Positions 40,910 to 51,524 are shown, counted from the first letter of the stretch. The stretch is 64,000 bases of DNA from Salinispira sp. (GCA_965602015.1 OZ271918.1:1184001-1248000), one strand, 5' to 3'. Notes: generated by a model from the sequence alone, not told the origin. Numbers and translations: made by a program.

Positions 40910-42136
40910 ATGGACCGTAAAAAAATACTGGCAGATTTTCCAATACTTTCTTCTTCAATGAGAGGCAAACCCTTTGTTTACCTCGATAGCGGGGCCACCA
41001 GTCTTACTCCCGAACCGGTTTTGGATGCCATGAACCGCTATCATCGGGAATACGGGGTTAACATACACCGGGGAATTTATGATTTTTCCGAAAGAGCCAC
41101 CCGGGAGTATCACGAAGTACGGGTAAAAACAGCGGATTTTCTTTCAACGGGAACTGATAGACAGGTGCTATTCACCCACGGAAGCACGGAAGGCGCCAAC
41201 CTCATCGCCTACTCCTGGGGACGGAAATTCCTCAAAGCCGGCGACGTTATACTCACCACGGAGTATGAACACCATTCATCCCTGGTTCCCTGGCACGCGG
41301 TGTGTGAAGCGACCGGGGCGACCATGGACTTTATTCCCATCGACCCAGACAGTCTCGAGCTCGACCTCGAATCATATAAAAAGAGCCTGGAACGGGGCGT
41401 TAAACTGCTGGTGATGAGCGGAATGTCCAATGTCACCGGTTATAAGCCTCCTCTAAAACAGATGATCACCCTGGCCAGGGAACACGGGGCGGTAACCGCC
41501 ATCGACGGCGCCCAGCTGGTTAGCCATCATCCGGTGAATGTCGAAGATCTTGACCCGGATTTTGTATTTTTCTCCGCCCATAAGATGCTGGGTCCCGGCG
41601 GGGTCGGAGTGCTGGTCGGCAGAACTTCGCTTCTGGAAAGCATGGATCCGTTTATGTACGGCGGCGATATGATCCTCAAGGTGAGCAAGGACCACTCCAC
41701 ATACCATCCGCTTCCCGAGAAATTCGAAGCGGGAACCCCGAACATCGCCGGGGTCATCGGATTCGGAGCCGCGCTGGACTACCTCGCCGACATCGGAATG
41801 GAAGAAATAGAAAAACGGGAAGCCGAGCTCATCGAATACGCCTCAAAGAGCTTTTCCCAGCTGCCGGGGGTGCGCACCTACCTGCCGTCTAATCCCGCAC
41901 TGCGGGGGGGAATTCTCAGCTTTAATGTCGACGGTTTGCACAGCCACGACCTTGGCGCGGTTCTCGACGCCCAGGGAATCGCCATTAGAACCGGTTTTCA
42001 TTGCGCCATGCCGTTCATGGAATGGCTGGACGTCCCTGGCACCGCCAGGGCAAGTTTTTATTTTTACAACGACACTTCCGATATCGATTCGCTGGTCGAA
42101 GGGGTCAAAAAGGCCCGAGCCGTATTCGGAGTATAG
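40910..42136 (+). CDS. sufS: SufS-type cysteine desulfurase
   Basis: YLDSGATS, FSAHKMLGP and IRTGFHCA. Confidence 0.92.
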   Translation: MDRKKILADFPILSSSMRGKPFVYLDSGATSLTPEPVLDAMNRYHREYGVNIHRGIYDFSERATREYHEVRVKTADFLSTGTDRQVLFTHGSTEGANLIAYSWGRKFLKAGDVILTTEYEHHSSLVPWHAVCEATGATMDFIPIDPDSLELDLESYKKSLERGVKLLVMSGMSNVTGYKPPLKQMITLAREHGAVTAIDGAQLVSHHPVNVEDLDPDFVFFSAHKMLGPGGVGVLVGRTSLLESMDPFMYGGDMILKVSKDHSTYHPLPEKFEAGTPNIAGVIGFGAALDYLADIGMEEIEKREAELIEYASKSFSQLPGVRTYLPSNPALRGGILSFNVDGLHSHDLGAVLDAQGIAIRTGFHCAMPFMEWLDVPGTARASFYFYNDTSDIDSLVEGVKKARAVFGV

Positions 42137-42144
42137 GCGCATAA

Positions 42145-42636
42145 ATGGACTTTAAAGCGATTATCGTCGACCATTATAAAAATCGCCGTTGGGAAGGGAC
42201 CGTGGAACACGGCCTTCAGGGGGAAATGGTCAACCGCTCCTGCGGAGATCAACTCACGCTTTATCTTAAGATTGATAACGATGACCAGATCGCCGAAGCC
42301 CGCTACACCGGGCAGGGATGCTCTATCTGCATCGCCAGCGCCGACATCCTCTGCGGAGAAATACGCGGCAGACAGGTAACCGATGCCCGGGACATTGCGG
42401 AAAACTTCCTGACCCAGTTGCAAAACCGGCCCAGGGTCCAGCAGATTCACCCACGCGAAGCTGATGATTCGCTCACACAGACGGCGTCTGCTGATTTCCC
42501 GCTCCAATCCGACAGCAGCGGGAATCCCAATGCCCTCCCGGGTGATGTTCCGGCCCTCCTGTCCCTTCGGGAATTTCCCATGCGGCAAAAATGCGCGACC
42601 ATGGGCTGGAAAATCCTTTTGGACATTACCGGCTGA
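42145..42636 (+). CDS. sufU: SufU/NifU-like Fe-S assembly protein
   Basis: NRSCGD, GCSICIASAD and RQKCA; directly after sufS. Confidence 0.88.
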   Translation: MDFKAIIVDHYKNRRWEGTVEHGLQGEMVNRSCGDQLTLYLKIDNDDQIAEARYTGQGCSICIASADILCGEIRGRQVTDARDIAENFLTQLQNRPRVQQIHPREADDSLTQTASADFPLQSDSSGNPNALPGDVPALLSLREFPMRQKCATMGWKILLDITG

Positions 42637-42708
42637 TATGGCCTAAGAACAGCGAAACCGTTATAGTGGGGCCAGACCACGAACATCACACACTCGAGGA
42701 GTTTGTTC

Positions 42709-43455
42709 ATGTACAAACTGGTACTGATCCGGCACGGCGAAAGTGTCTGGAATAAGGAAAACCGTTTCACCGGATGGACCGATGTCGATCTGTCCGAAAA
42801 AGGCGTTGCCGAAGCCAAGGCCGGCGGCGAAGTTCTGAAAAAAGAAGGCTATACTTTTGATATCGCCTACAACTCGGTACTCCTGCGGGCGATAAAAACA
42901 CTGAATATCGTTCTGGAAGAAATGGGGCTGCATTGGATTCCGGTGATAAAGAGCTGGCGCTTGAATGAGCGTCACTACGGAGCCCTGCAGGGCCTCAACA
43001 AGGCCGAGACCGCCGATAAACACGGTGAGGAGCAGGTAAAAATCTGGCGTCGGAGCTATGACGTTCCGCCTCCTGAGCTCAGCGTCGATGACGAGCGCTA
43101 CCCGGGAAACGACCCCCGTTATGCCAATTTGAGCGACAAGGACCTTCCCAAGACCGAATGCCTCAAAGATACGGTTGACCGCTTCCTGCCGCTGTGGCAC
43201 GAAGAAATTGCCCCTACCATTAAAAGTGGAAAAAAGGTGGTTATTGCGGCTCACGGCAACAGTCTGCGGGCCCTGGTCAAGTACCTCGACCAGATGAGCG
43301 AGGAAGAAATTCTCAAGCTCAATATTCCCACCGGAGTTCCCCTGGTGTACGAACTCGATGAGAACCTCAAGCCCATCAAGCATTATTACCTGGGCGATCA
43401 GGCGGCCATCGAGGCTGCAATGAGCGCCGTCGCAAACCAGGGAAAAAAAGCCTGA
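42709..43455 (+). CDS. gpmA: 2,3-BPG-dependent phosphoglycerate mutase
   Basis: [21 protein letters not shown] and AHGNSLR. Confidence 0.97.
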   Translation: MYKLVLIRHGESVWNKENRFTGWTDVDLSEKGVAEAKAGGEVLKKEGYTFDIAYNSVLLRAIKTLNIVLEEMGLHWIPVIKSWRLNERHYGALQGLNKAETADKHGEEQVKIWRRSYDVPPPELSVDDERYPGNDPRYANLSDKDLPKTECLKDTVDRFLPLWHEEIAPTIKSGKKVVIAAHGNSLRALVKYLDQMSEEEILKLNIPTGVPLVYELDENLKPIKHYYLGDQAAIEAAMSAVANQGKKA

Positions 43456-43500
43456 TTGCATCTTTTGTCTACTCTCGGAAGTATGTTCCGAGCCAAGCTG

Positions 43501-43533
43501 ACCGGACGGCGATCGACGCCGCCCGGTTTTTTT
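43501..43533 (+). terminator. Rho-independent terminator after gpmA
   Basis: ACCGGACGGCG/CGCCGCCCGGT stem plus T tract. Confidence 0.75.
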
Positions 43534-43597
43534 CAATAAGAACCCTATTCGCGGTTCAAGCATTTCCGGGAAACCAACCCCGCGAGGAGTACTATCC

Positions 43598-44470
43598 ATG
43601 GCACAGCAACCCCGGGACGCCCAAAGGGCCATCCTGCTGTTTTCCTGCCCCGATACCCGGGGAATCGTCGCGCAGGTCAGCTATTTCATCAGCACCTATA
43701 ACGGCAATATTCTCGACTCCCATCAGCACTCTGACGGGGAAACGAATACGTTTTTTATGAGGGTGGAGTGGGATCTTAGCGATTTCACCATCGAAAGCGA
43801 CAAGATTGAACAGGCCTTTGAGCCCATAGCCCGAAAGTTTTCCATGGACTACCGGATAGAGTTCAGTTCCGCTGTCCATCGTATGGCCATATTTGTGAGC
43901 CAGTACGACCATTGCCTCTATGATCTCATCCTGCGAAACCGCGAGGGAGAGACCCATGCGGACATCCGCTGCGTCATCGGAAATCATCCCCAGATGGAGG
44001 AGATCGCCCGGATTTTTGACATTCCCTTTTACCATATTCCGGTGACTAAAAGCACCAAGTCCGAAGCCGAACAGAAACAGCGGGAAATTCTGGAGAAGGA
44101 GAATATCGACCTCATCGTGTTGGCCCGGTACATGCAAATCCTCAGCGACAGCTTTGTTGCCCACTACCCCGGTCAGATAATTAACATTCATCACTCCTTC
44201 CTTCCGGCTTTTGTGGGAGCCAAGCCTTATCATCAGGCATATCAGCGGGGAGTGAAGATCATCGGAGCCACGAGCCATTATGTCACTGCCGAACTGGACC
44301 AAGGTCCGATTATCGAACAGGACGTTGCGCGGATTAGCCACCGGGATTCGGTGAGCGATCTGGTGCGCACCGGCAAGAACCTGGAGAAGCTGGTATTAAC
44401 CCGGGCTGTTGCCCTGCACCTGGAACACCGGGTTCTGGTCTACGGAAACAAAACAGTAGTATTCGCCTGA
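43598..44470 (+). CDS. purU: Formyltetrahydrofolate deformylase
   Basis: N-terminal ACT domain, LARYMQIL, NIHHSFLPAF and GVKIIGATSH. Confidence 0.96.
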   Translation: MAQQPRDAQRAILLFSCPDTRGIVAQVSYFISTYNGNILDSHQHSDGETNTFFMRVEWDLSDFTIESDKIEQAFEPIARKFSMDYRIEFSSAVHRMAIFVSQYDHCLYDLILRNREGETHADIRCVIGNHPQMEEIARIFDIPFYHIPVTKSTKSEAEQKQREILEKENIDLIVLARYMQILSDSFVAHYPGQIINIHHSFLPAFVGAKPYHQAYQRGVKIIGATSHYVTAELDQGPIIEQDVARISHRDSVSDLVRTGKNLEKLVLTRAVALHLEHRVLVYGNKTVVFA

Positions 44471-44505
44471 TATCTATGATTTAATTCTAGTTGGGGGGCG
44501 CCGCG

Positions 44506-45075
44506 GTGAACACTGAAATCGAAATGAAGGCCTGGGTTGATGACTTCGACCTCATGGACAGCCGGCTGAGGGAATGCGGCGCGGAATTCAAGCGGGACTA
44601 TTCGAAAAGCGACCGCTATCTCCATCAGTATCAGGATGGAGAATACACCCAGGAAGTGCGCATCCGCTTCGACGGAAGTGAAGCGGTGGTTACCCAAAAG
44701 CAAAAGACTGTTGAAAACGGTCTCGAGTCAAATGTGGAGCGGGAGTTCTCTGTTTCCCATGCAGAGAATTTTCTCCATCTGCTGGAAACTTCTGGCTACC
44801 GTTACTTCATTGACAAGGTCAAAATCGGTCGGGCATATATAATGGACGACTTTTTGATTGAACTGTCCCGGATTGAAGATTTAGGGGTGTTTATCGAAAT
44901 CGAAAAGGTCTTCGAAGGCCCGGTTGCTCCTCAAATCGTAAAACAAACCGAGGCCCGCATCCGCAAATGTCTGGCAATCCTGGGCATATCCGATTCAGCG
45001 ATAGAGCAGAAGGCCTATACACGAATGCTCGCTGAAAAACGGGGAGTTCGGCACCCCCTCTCAAAGCTGGGCTAA
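44506..45075 (+). CDS. CYTH-domain protein (class IV adenylate cyclase-like)
   Basis: EIEMKA, VRIR and LGVFIEIE. Confidence 0.85.
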   Translation: MNTEIEMKAWVDDFDLMDSRLRECGAEFKRDYSKSDRYLHQYQDGEYTQEVRIRFDGSEAVVTQKQKTVENGLESNVEREFSVSHAENFLHLLETSGYRYFIDKVKIGRAYIMDDFLIELSRIEDLGVFIEIEKVFEGPVAPQIVKQTEARIRKCLAILGISDSAIEQKAYTRMLAEKRGVRHPLSKLG

Positions 45076-46068
45076 AATCTCATCGGCGGTCCGCTTGTGC
45101 TCCCTGGCGGCTTCAGACCAGCGGTAGAGCCTGCTATCCTCAAATTTACCTTTGGGCTTCCTGGGAGGGAGCTGTGAAAGGTTCAACAGCTTGCGGATCT
45201 CGTGATTGGCGACGGTGATCCTGTCGGTATTTCCCTGCCTCAGCACCGCATCATTCGGTGGTTCGGCCAGAGATTCGGTGAACCACAAGCCAGGATCAAG
45301 CTCCGGGCATTCAAGCCGCAGCCTGAATTCCAGCTGGAGGTGATGATCTTCTGCGACGCGGTTCTGCCGGGGGTATTGACTTGTATCCTGCGAACGCCCG
45401 GCTGCGGTGATTTCTTCCAATTCCCACTTAACAAGATCCCAGTCCTCAAAGTTCCGCCGGTTAAACGTCGCCAAATACTTGTAGATCTTCTCGGCCGACG
45501 CCATAAAGCGTTGGTCGTTGTCGATGATGCATTTGTTCTCCTCCAGGCGGGAATCCTGCCACTCCATAGACCAGATATCGGGATTCCGGCCGATTTGGGC
45601 GTGACCCACCGGCGGAATCGGCGAAAAGCTTTCCATTCTGTTAAAGATACTGTTCCTTCCAATGAAGTTCTGATGGGCCCAGGTATCGGCGTAGGTGTGA
45701 AGGGCAATTCCCACCCGGTAGGGATTTCTGCTTTTTAAGGCGGAAATCAGCAGTTCCTTTACCGGTGGAGAGTTCGGTCGCACCGCCAGCGGGTTATTTC
45801 GGCCATCCTTACGCGGGCTCTCGTCGGACTCACCGGAAGGAAAAAAATGAAAGGGTATCCAGACCTGATCTTCCTGGGTCTTGTCCCAGAAACCGAAGTG
45901 GTGGGTTGGAATTACCGTATAGACCGAGGCGCCGCAATCAACCTTGATGGGTATAAGGCTTCGGTCGACCAGCTGACACGAGAATGCGATGATCTCGGCG
46001 TCGTCCTGGGAGAACCCCCCTCGCAGGGCGAGGAGCTTTACGGCATAATAGTGGAAGATGGCGTTCAC
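45061..46068 (-). CDS. Conserved hypothetical protein (DUF6765-like), possible metal-dependent enzyme
   Basis: FHYYA, WIPFHFFP and GIALHTYADTWAHQNF. Confidence 0.7.
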   Translation of the reverse strand: MNAIFHYYAVKLLALRGGFSQDDAEIIAFSCQLVDRSLIPIKVDCGASVYTVIPTHHFGFWDKTQEDQVWIPFHFFPSGESDESPRKDGRNNPLAVRPNSPPVKELLISALKSRNPYRVGIALHTYADTWAHQNFIGRNSIFNRMESFSPIPPVGHAQIGRNPDIWSMEWQDSRLEENKCIIDNDQRFMASAEKIYKYLATFNRRNFEDWDLVKWELEEITAAGRSQDTSQYPRQNRVAEDHHLQLEFRLRLECPELDPGLWFTESLAEPPNDAVLRQGNTDRITVANHEIRKLLNLSQLPPRKPKGKFEDSRLYRWSEAAREHKRTADEILAQL

Positions 46069-46097
46069 CCGTCAAATGTACCCACGGTGGAGTTGTT

Positions 46098-46772
46098 ATG
46101 GAAGTATTTTCCCTGCCCGAGACCGTCAGCGGTCTTTTTTTTGATATAGATGGTACGCTTTATAATCACCGGGAATATGAGGAGCACCAGTATGCCGTCC
46201 TCTACGACGCTCTGGCTTTGAGCATTGGACGGCCGGTTGATTCCCTCCGGCTGGAAATTGAGACGTGGAGGGCCGATCAAACTCCCAAGCCTTCCCTGGG
46301 TACCGCATTTGCCCGCTGGGGGGCGGAGATCCCATTAAGCGTTACATGGCGAAGCCGCTATATTACCCCTGAAGACTACCTGCATCACGATCCGCAGTTG
46401 AGGAAAACCCTGGACAGTCTTCTCATCGGACCTGCGGACGGCCCGGCACGGGTCATGGTTGCTGTGACTAACAATCCGTCGGACGTCGGCTGGCGCACCC
46501 TCCGCTGCCTCGGGGTTGAGGACTGTTTTTCCGCCGTCGTCGGATTGGACAGTGCCGGGGGCTCCAAGCCGGATTCGCGACATTTCGACATTGCCCTGGA
46601 GCTCGCCGGAGTTGAGCCCGCCGAGGGCCTGTCGGTGGGGGACCGCTACGAAATTGATATCGTTCCGGCCCTAAAACGGGGAATGGGCGGCGTACTGGTC
46701 GGCAGCATGGAAGACGTGTATACTCTTTCGGATTTACTGTCCGGTATGCGGGCAGCCTGCGATGGGCCGTAA
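46098..46772 (+). CDS. HAD-family hydrolase
   Basis: FDIDGTL, KPD and VGDRYEID. Confidence 0.9.
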   Translation: MEVFSLPETVSGLFFDIDGTLYNHREYEEHQYAVLYDALALSIGRPVDSLRLEIETWRADQTPKPSLGTAFARWGAEIPLSVTWRSRYITPEDYLHHDPQLRKTLDSLLIGPADGPARVMVAVTNNPSDVGWRTLRCLGVEDCFSAVVGLDSAGGSKPDSRHFDIALELAGVEPAEGLSVGDRYEIDIVPALKRGMGGVLVGSMEDVYTLSDLLSGMRAACDGP

Positions 46773-46783
46773 GGAGATGGAAA

Positions 46784-47899
46784 ATGTCGACAATCAAATA
46801 TAACTTCGAAAAACTGATAGAGATTTTTCATTCCGTCCTGTGCCGATCAAAAGCCCTCCGGGCGGACCAATGGATTTATCACCTGATAATCAACCCCGGC
46901 GCCGGAGGATTTAATTTTGAAGGCATCCGTCAAAGCTTGGGGCGCAGCGAGCCAAAAGGCATTCGCATCCTGGATGAAACCAGCCGGGCGGCCATAGCCG
47001 GTCTGGATCCTTTATACAGTGCCCAGACTGTCGATATCCGGCTTCACCTGTCGGCATATCCCGATCACGCCGGCCTTCTGGCAAAAAGCATCGCGACGGA
47101 TTTTTATTCCGATGAGCGACGCCACATGATCATCAGTATCGGGGGGGACGGTACCCATAACGAAATTATGCAGGCCCTTCATACAGGTGTGAGCCAGTCA
47201 AAGTTGGCGCTTTGCCGGGTATTTCGCTTTCCCCTGGGCTCTGGCAACGACGGAGCCGATGCCTGGAAGCCGGAGGAAGCCTGGCAGCTGTTGATTGACG
47301 GTGCGGAACAGGGAAGGGCCGGGGCTTTGGAGATAAACAGCGCCGCTGGAGAGCAGTTTCACGCCTTTAATATTGCCAGCATCGGAGTTGACGCCCATAT
47401 CGTCAAAGTGACTAATCAGCTTAAAGACCGGCTTCCCGGTGATTTTTACAAGGTGGCCGCAGACCTCTCGGTCCCCTTCTATCCCGGTTTGTATCAGGTG
47501 GGTACCGCCCGCCTTTCCGGTGTGGATTTTGACGGTGAGCAGTTGGAGCACAGTTTCCGGCTGGGGCTGATAGCATTCGGGGTGAGCGGGATTCGAACCT
47601 ATGGTCACGGGTTGTGGATTCTCCCCGATCGGGAGAACATTTGCGCCATCGAACTGCGGAACCTTCTGACCAACATAAAAATGAAAAAGGAACTCTACCG
47701 CGCGAAACATGACCGATTGCCCTATGTTTCAATGTTCAGATCGGGAGACTTCACCTTTGAGTATGATTCTGCCATACCGATGGAACTGGACGGTGAAGTA
47801 AAAATGCTCTCGGCCGAGGATTTTCCCCTGTCCATACGGGTTATCGAGACGAATATACAGATGTACAGCGGAAAGGACCTGAGCGTCTATAAATCGTAG
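46784..47899 (+). CDS. Diacylglycerol-kinase-family lipid kinase
   Basis: INPGAG, GGDGTHNE, PLGSGND and ELDGE. Confidence 0.88.
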   Translation: MSTIKYNFEKLIEIFHSVLCRSKALRADQWIYHLIINPGAGGFNFEGIRQSLGRSEPKGIRILDETSRAAIAGLDPLYSAQTVDIRLHLSAYPDHAGLLAKSIATDFYSDERRHMIISIGGDGTHNEIMQALHTGVSQSKLALCRVFRFPLGSGNDGADAWKPEEAWQLLIDGAEQGRAGALEINSAAGEQFHAFNIASIGVDAHIVKVTNQLKDRLPGDFYKVAADLSVPFYPGLYQVGTARLSGVDFDGEQLEHSFRLGLIAFGVSGIRTYGHGLWILPDRENICAIELRNLLTNIKMKKELYRAKHDRLPYVSMFRSGDFTFEYDSAIPMELDGEVKMLSAEDFPLSIRVIETNIQMYSGKDLSVYKS

Positions 47900-48759
47900 T
47901 AGTGATGCTGCTTCACAAATCCCCTGAAGCCCGCGTCCATGACCTTTGATTCGTAGTTCATGTAATTGTCCGGATAGTGCATCAAAAAGGTCTTCGCGCG
48001 GATTTCCTGATGAAGGGTGCACAGATCGTCAAAAAACGCGTGGACTCCTCCGGGAAAAAACTGCACGTCGTGAAAGATGTGTTCGATGGGGTAGGTTTCG
48101 GTGATGTTTTCAATCATTTCCCGGTCGAATCGGGTATCGCCGGTAAACAGAATCCGCTTATCGATGATCAGCCCGGTGCTATACGCGCTGCGCTTCCAGC
48201 TCGGGGCATTGTCGGGGTAATGCATGGTGCGAAACAGCACTACGTTGAACCCCTTCCAGTCAATCTCCCAGGCGTCACGGTTCAAACTGCGCAGGCTTTT
48301 GGGACGGGTAACGTTCCAGTAATCCCGGAAATTCAGGAAGCGGTTGCCCTTTGATTCATTCCAGGCAGCTCCGCCCTTGAGGCTGTCATTCCACAGCAGC
48401 TTTTCGTATTCCTTGGTGATGACGATATTCGGTTTGCGCTTGGTGACATAGCGGCCCATGAGCAGAACCTCTTCAAGTCCGCCAATGTGGTCCGCATGCG
48501 AATGGGTAATGATGAAGTTTTCTATGTCCGTTACCGGCCTGCCGAGTTTTGACATTGCCTCGGGAGTGCGTGTTCCGCAATCGAGCATTATGTGCTGATC
48601 GCCCTTTATGAGCAGGTAATTATTCTGATAATGCTTCTTAGTGAATGCACTGCCGGTCCCCACCGGAAACAGGCTGGTTTCTCCGTTATTCGTCAGGCTG
48701 AGATCAGATGTTAGTTCGCGTATGTTCAAAAACGAATCCTTCAAAAACAAGCTGCACAA
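47887..48759 (-). CDS. MBL-fold metallo-hydrolase (start may lie slightly downstream)
   Basis: GTGSAF, LDCG, THSHADHIGG and FTGDT. Confidence 0.88.
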   Translation of the reverse strand: MCSLFLKDSFLNIRELTSDLSLTNNGETSLFPVGTGSAFTKKHYQNNYLLIKGDQHIMLDCGTRTPEAMSKLGRPVTDIENFIITHSHADHIGGLEEVLLMGRYVTKRKPNIVITKEYEKLLWNDSLKGGAAWNESKGNRFLNFRDYWNVTRPKSLRSLNRDAWEIDWKGFNVVLFRTMHYPDNAPSWKRSAYSTGLIIDKRILFTGDTRFDREMIENITETYPIEHIFHDVQFFPGGVHAFFDDLCTLHQEIRAKTFLMHYPDNYMNYESKVMDAGFRGFVKQHHYYDL

Positions 48760-49002
48760 AGATGTTTACCGGTGCGAATTGTATACCAGTATATGTTAAA
48801 TTTATTCAATTACCCAATACTTACCGTACAGTATAACCCGAAAGCAATAAAATCCAAATAAAAACGCGTGGGTGAAAATATAGAAATTCCCAGAAGTTTT
48901 TGCAAATTTTTCGTAAGTGCCCCCAAAACAGCTGATCGAATCAACATAACTCTTTTGCCAGTAGTCTTCTATGACACGATTACCAGTTCATAGGAGATTA
49001 GC

Positions 49003-50136
49003 ATGGCATTAATCCCTCGTTTCTGTCCGTACTCGGACTGTTCTCAGCATCATCGCGACAGAGAATCAAGCCGGTGCTGGTTTGTCCGAAACGGCCACTA
49101 TCACTGCCGCCGCCTCGGTTCTTCCCAGCGCTATCGCTGCAAGCATTGCCGTCGATACTTCTGCGAAAGCGCGTTCCACCTCGATTATCGCGCACATCAT
49201 CGCCTCGATTACCGGCGCATCTTCTCTTCAATCAACTCGGCCTCCGGCATTCGCGATATTGCCCGGGAGTTTTATGTCACCGACAAGGTCATTCTCAATC
49301 GGCTGAGCCGATTGTCCCGTCAGGCAATCGCTGCCATGGCCCAGTTATCGAATGATCATACAATCGATGAGGATATTGCCGTTGATGGGTTTGAAAGCTT
49401 TGTGTATAGCCAATACTGGCCGAGCAACTTCACTCTCGCGGTGGGTTCCGACAGCCAGGTTGTCTATGCGTGCGACTATGCGCAGATGCGGCGTAAAGGG
49501 CGGATGACCCCCGCACAAAAGCGCCGGCGCGATGAGCTCAATCGCCAGTATCCTATTGCAGGGGGACAAATTGCGCGATCTTTCCGGGATGTGATGAATA
49601 CCATTCTTCCCCGATGGAAGGCTTATTCATCGAAGAGGCCATGCTATCTCTTGAGCGATGAAAAACTCGAATACCGCCGTGAGCTGTGCGCTCATCGGGA
49701 CTGGGCGGCGTTGGAAAATGCAGGGCGGGTTATCCATCACCGAACCTCATCAAGGGTGGTCAGGACCACTGAGAACCCCCTGTTTCCGGTGAATTACCTG
49801 GACCGGGAGATACGAAAGGATCAATCCTGTCATGTCCGCCAGAGCGTGCAGTGGTCAAAATCGGTGAACAACAGCATGGAGCGGATGATGATTTACATCG
49901 CCTATCATAACCTGCTCAAGCCGTATCGGATAAACGGACGAAACGATATCAGCCATGGTGAGGTTGCGGGGTTTGACCGAAGGCGGGTACTCACGTTGAC
50001 AAAAAGCATGTTTACACAGCGGGCCTTCGTTCATCATCTGGTGCTGGACATCAGCCAATGGAAGACCTGGCACCGGATCTGGAAGACGCCGGTGAGTGCG
50101 CTAAAGATCGACCTACCCGATTATGCGGTGGCCTGA
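49003..50136 (+). CDS. IS1-like transposase, copy 2
   Basis: 377 aa; about 13 substitutions relative to copy 1 by eye. Confidence 0.8.
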   Translation: MALIPRFCPYSDCSQHHRDRESSRCWFVRNGHYHCRRLGSSQRYRCKHCRRYFCESAFHLDYRAHHRLDYRRIFSSINSASGIRDIAREFYVTDKVILNRLSRLSRQAIAAMAQLSNDHTIDEDIAVDGFESFVYSQYWPSNFTLAVGSDSQVVYACDYAQMRRKGRMTPAQKRRRDELNRQYPIAGGQIARSFRDVMNTILPRWKAYSSKRPCYLLSDEKLEYRRELCAHRDWAALENAGRVIHHRTSSRVVRTTENPLFPVNYLDREIRKDQSCHVRQSVQWSKSVNNSMERMMIYIAYHNLLKPYRINGRNDISHGEVAGFDRRRVLTLTKSMFTQRAFVHHLVLDISQWKTWHRIWKTPVSALKIDLPDYAVA

Positions 50137-50186
50137 GGGGCGGAAATCAGCTGTTTTGGGGGCATATCTGAAAGCGGTGCCCCCCC

Positions 50187-50339
50187 GCAAGAGTTTTCAT
50201 TGTTCTATTACAAAAATTCTGCAAATCGGTTTTGTCCGAGTCATATCTCCGCCATCCACGTGGCATGAAAATGTCCTTCCAGGGGTGTCGCAATCACTTT
50301 GCACAGCCTCGTATTCGCGCTGTAGCCCCAAAAACGCGC
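50187..50339 (-). ncRNA. Predicted bridge/seek RNA, copy 2
   Basis: All four guide-like segments are identical to copy 1. Confidence 0.8.
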
Positions 50340-51392
50340 TTACCCCTGTCTGGACAAACCCGCTAATGCAGGATCTTTGTAATGCTGTTCTTTCTGCAAT
50401 ATCCAAAATATTGCTTCTGCTAAGTGCCGTGCCACGGCGATTATTGCAACCTTATGATTACGTTTAGTACGAACTCTCTTGTAGAGTTTTACCGTATGTC
50501 GGTTCGCCCAATTTCTTTGATTAAGACAGGTTACATTAGCTGCTTCAGTAAGTGCCCACTTCAAGTATCGATTACATGCTTTCGATGTTCGACCATAATG
50601 AGTTTTACCTCCGCTCGAGTGAACGCGCGGCGTTGTACCACAGTATGATGCAAAATGTTCAGCGGTCTTAAAGCGATGTATGTCTCCAATTTCATGCACA
50701 ATGACTGCGCTGAGAATAAATCCGATCCCGGGAATGGATTTCACCAACTTCATTTCAGCATTTTCATCAAACGCTTCATGCATTCGTTGTTCGCAGTCGG
50801 TGATAGATTGCTTAATAAACGCGAGATTATCGAGCTTGAGTTTCATCATGGTGCGGGTATGCTCGGGGAGTTTTGGCATTACCTTCTTCATGGCTTCTGT
50901 ACCTGCTTTTCCGAACAGATCGCTCACATCATTGAATCGAAACCCATATTTCTCGAACCCGGCATGAATTTGGTTCTTTTCACGTATCAACTCCTGAACG
51001 AACTGCATCCGGGTTCGATAGAGTTCTCGTTTATCACGCAATTCTCCTGGTGGAATCCACACAGTAGGCAGTGTGCCTGCTTTTTGAAGTTTATTGAGAC
51101 CTTCAGCATCGAGTTTGTCAGTTTTGTTAAACATGGCCATCATCAATTTTGACTTACCGGCATGTACCAGCAAGGGGTTCATGCCGGCCTCCTCAATCTC
51201 ATCCACAATCCAGTACCAACTTCCGATCGTTTCAAGTGCGACTTCCTGTCCCGGCTCAAATTGTTGGAGAAAATCACGAATACACCCGTGAGAATGTTCT
51301 ATGCGCTGTGAGGATTTCCTTCCATTTTCGTCCTCAATTGCAGCCACGGTATACCGTTTATGGCTGTCGAGGGATATAATAGTATTACTCAT
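50340..51392 (-). CDS. IS110-family DEDD recombinase/transposase, copy 2
   Basis: 350 aa; 3 N-terminal substitutions relative to copy 1 by eye. Confidence 0.97.
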   Translation of the reverse strand: MSNTIISLDSHKRYTVAAIEDENGRKSSQRIEHSHGCIRDFLQQFEPGQEVALETIGSWYWIVDEIEEAGMNPLLVHAGKSKLMMAMFNKTDKLDAEGLNKLQKAGTLPTVWIPPGELRDKRELYRTRMQFVQELIREKNQIHAGFEKYGFRFNDVSDLFGKAGTEAMKKVMPKLPEHTRTMMKLKLDNLAFIKQSITDCEQRMHEAFDENAEMKLVKSIPGIGFILSAVIVHEIGDIHRFKTAEHFASYCGTTPRVHSSGGKTHYGRTSKACNRYLKWALTEAANVTCLNQRNWANRHTVKLYKRVRTKRNHKVAIIAVARHLAEAIFWILQKEQHYKDPALAGLSRQG

Positions 51393-51524
51393 TTGGTTGT
51401 CCTCCTCCGGTATTTAATATAGACCCTGACTGGCAGGATCTCGGGGGAGGCACCGCTTTCATACCATCACTTTCTGATTTCTTCCCCGTTGGCGGCGCTC
51501 TTCAACCCGTGATAGCATCGCTTT

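Larger units (their letters stand above)
50163..51467 (-). mobile_element. IS110-family, IS1111-type element copy 2 (1305 bp)
   Basis: Subterminal inverted repeats at 50169-186 (one mismatch) and 51444-461; CA (TG on minus strand) at 50163-64 and 51468-69. Confidence 0.95.
48917..51470 (+). mobile_element. IS1-like element copy 2 (1249 bp net), right inverted repeat interrupted by an IS1111-type element
   Basis: Intact left repeat at 48917-48936; right repeat at 50146-50164 with its last C displaced to 51470. Confidence 0.9.

Noticed and set aside
42661..44341. Antisense ORFs of 323 and 249 aa
   Set aside because: Lie opposite well-supported gpmA and purU.
48760..48916. AT-rich intergenic stretch as a possible ncRNA or origin
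   Set aside because: No convincing structure or box array; consistent with the MBL gene promoter region and an AT-rich IS insertion site.
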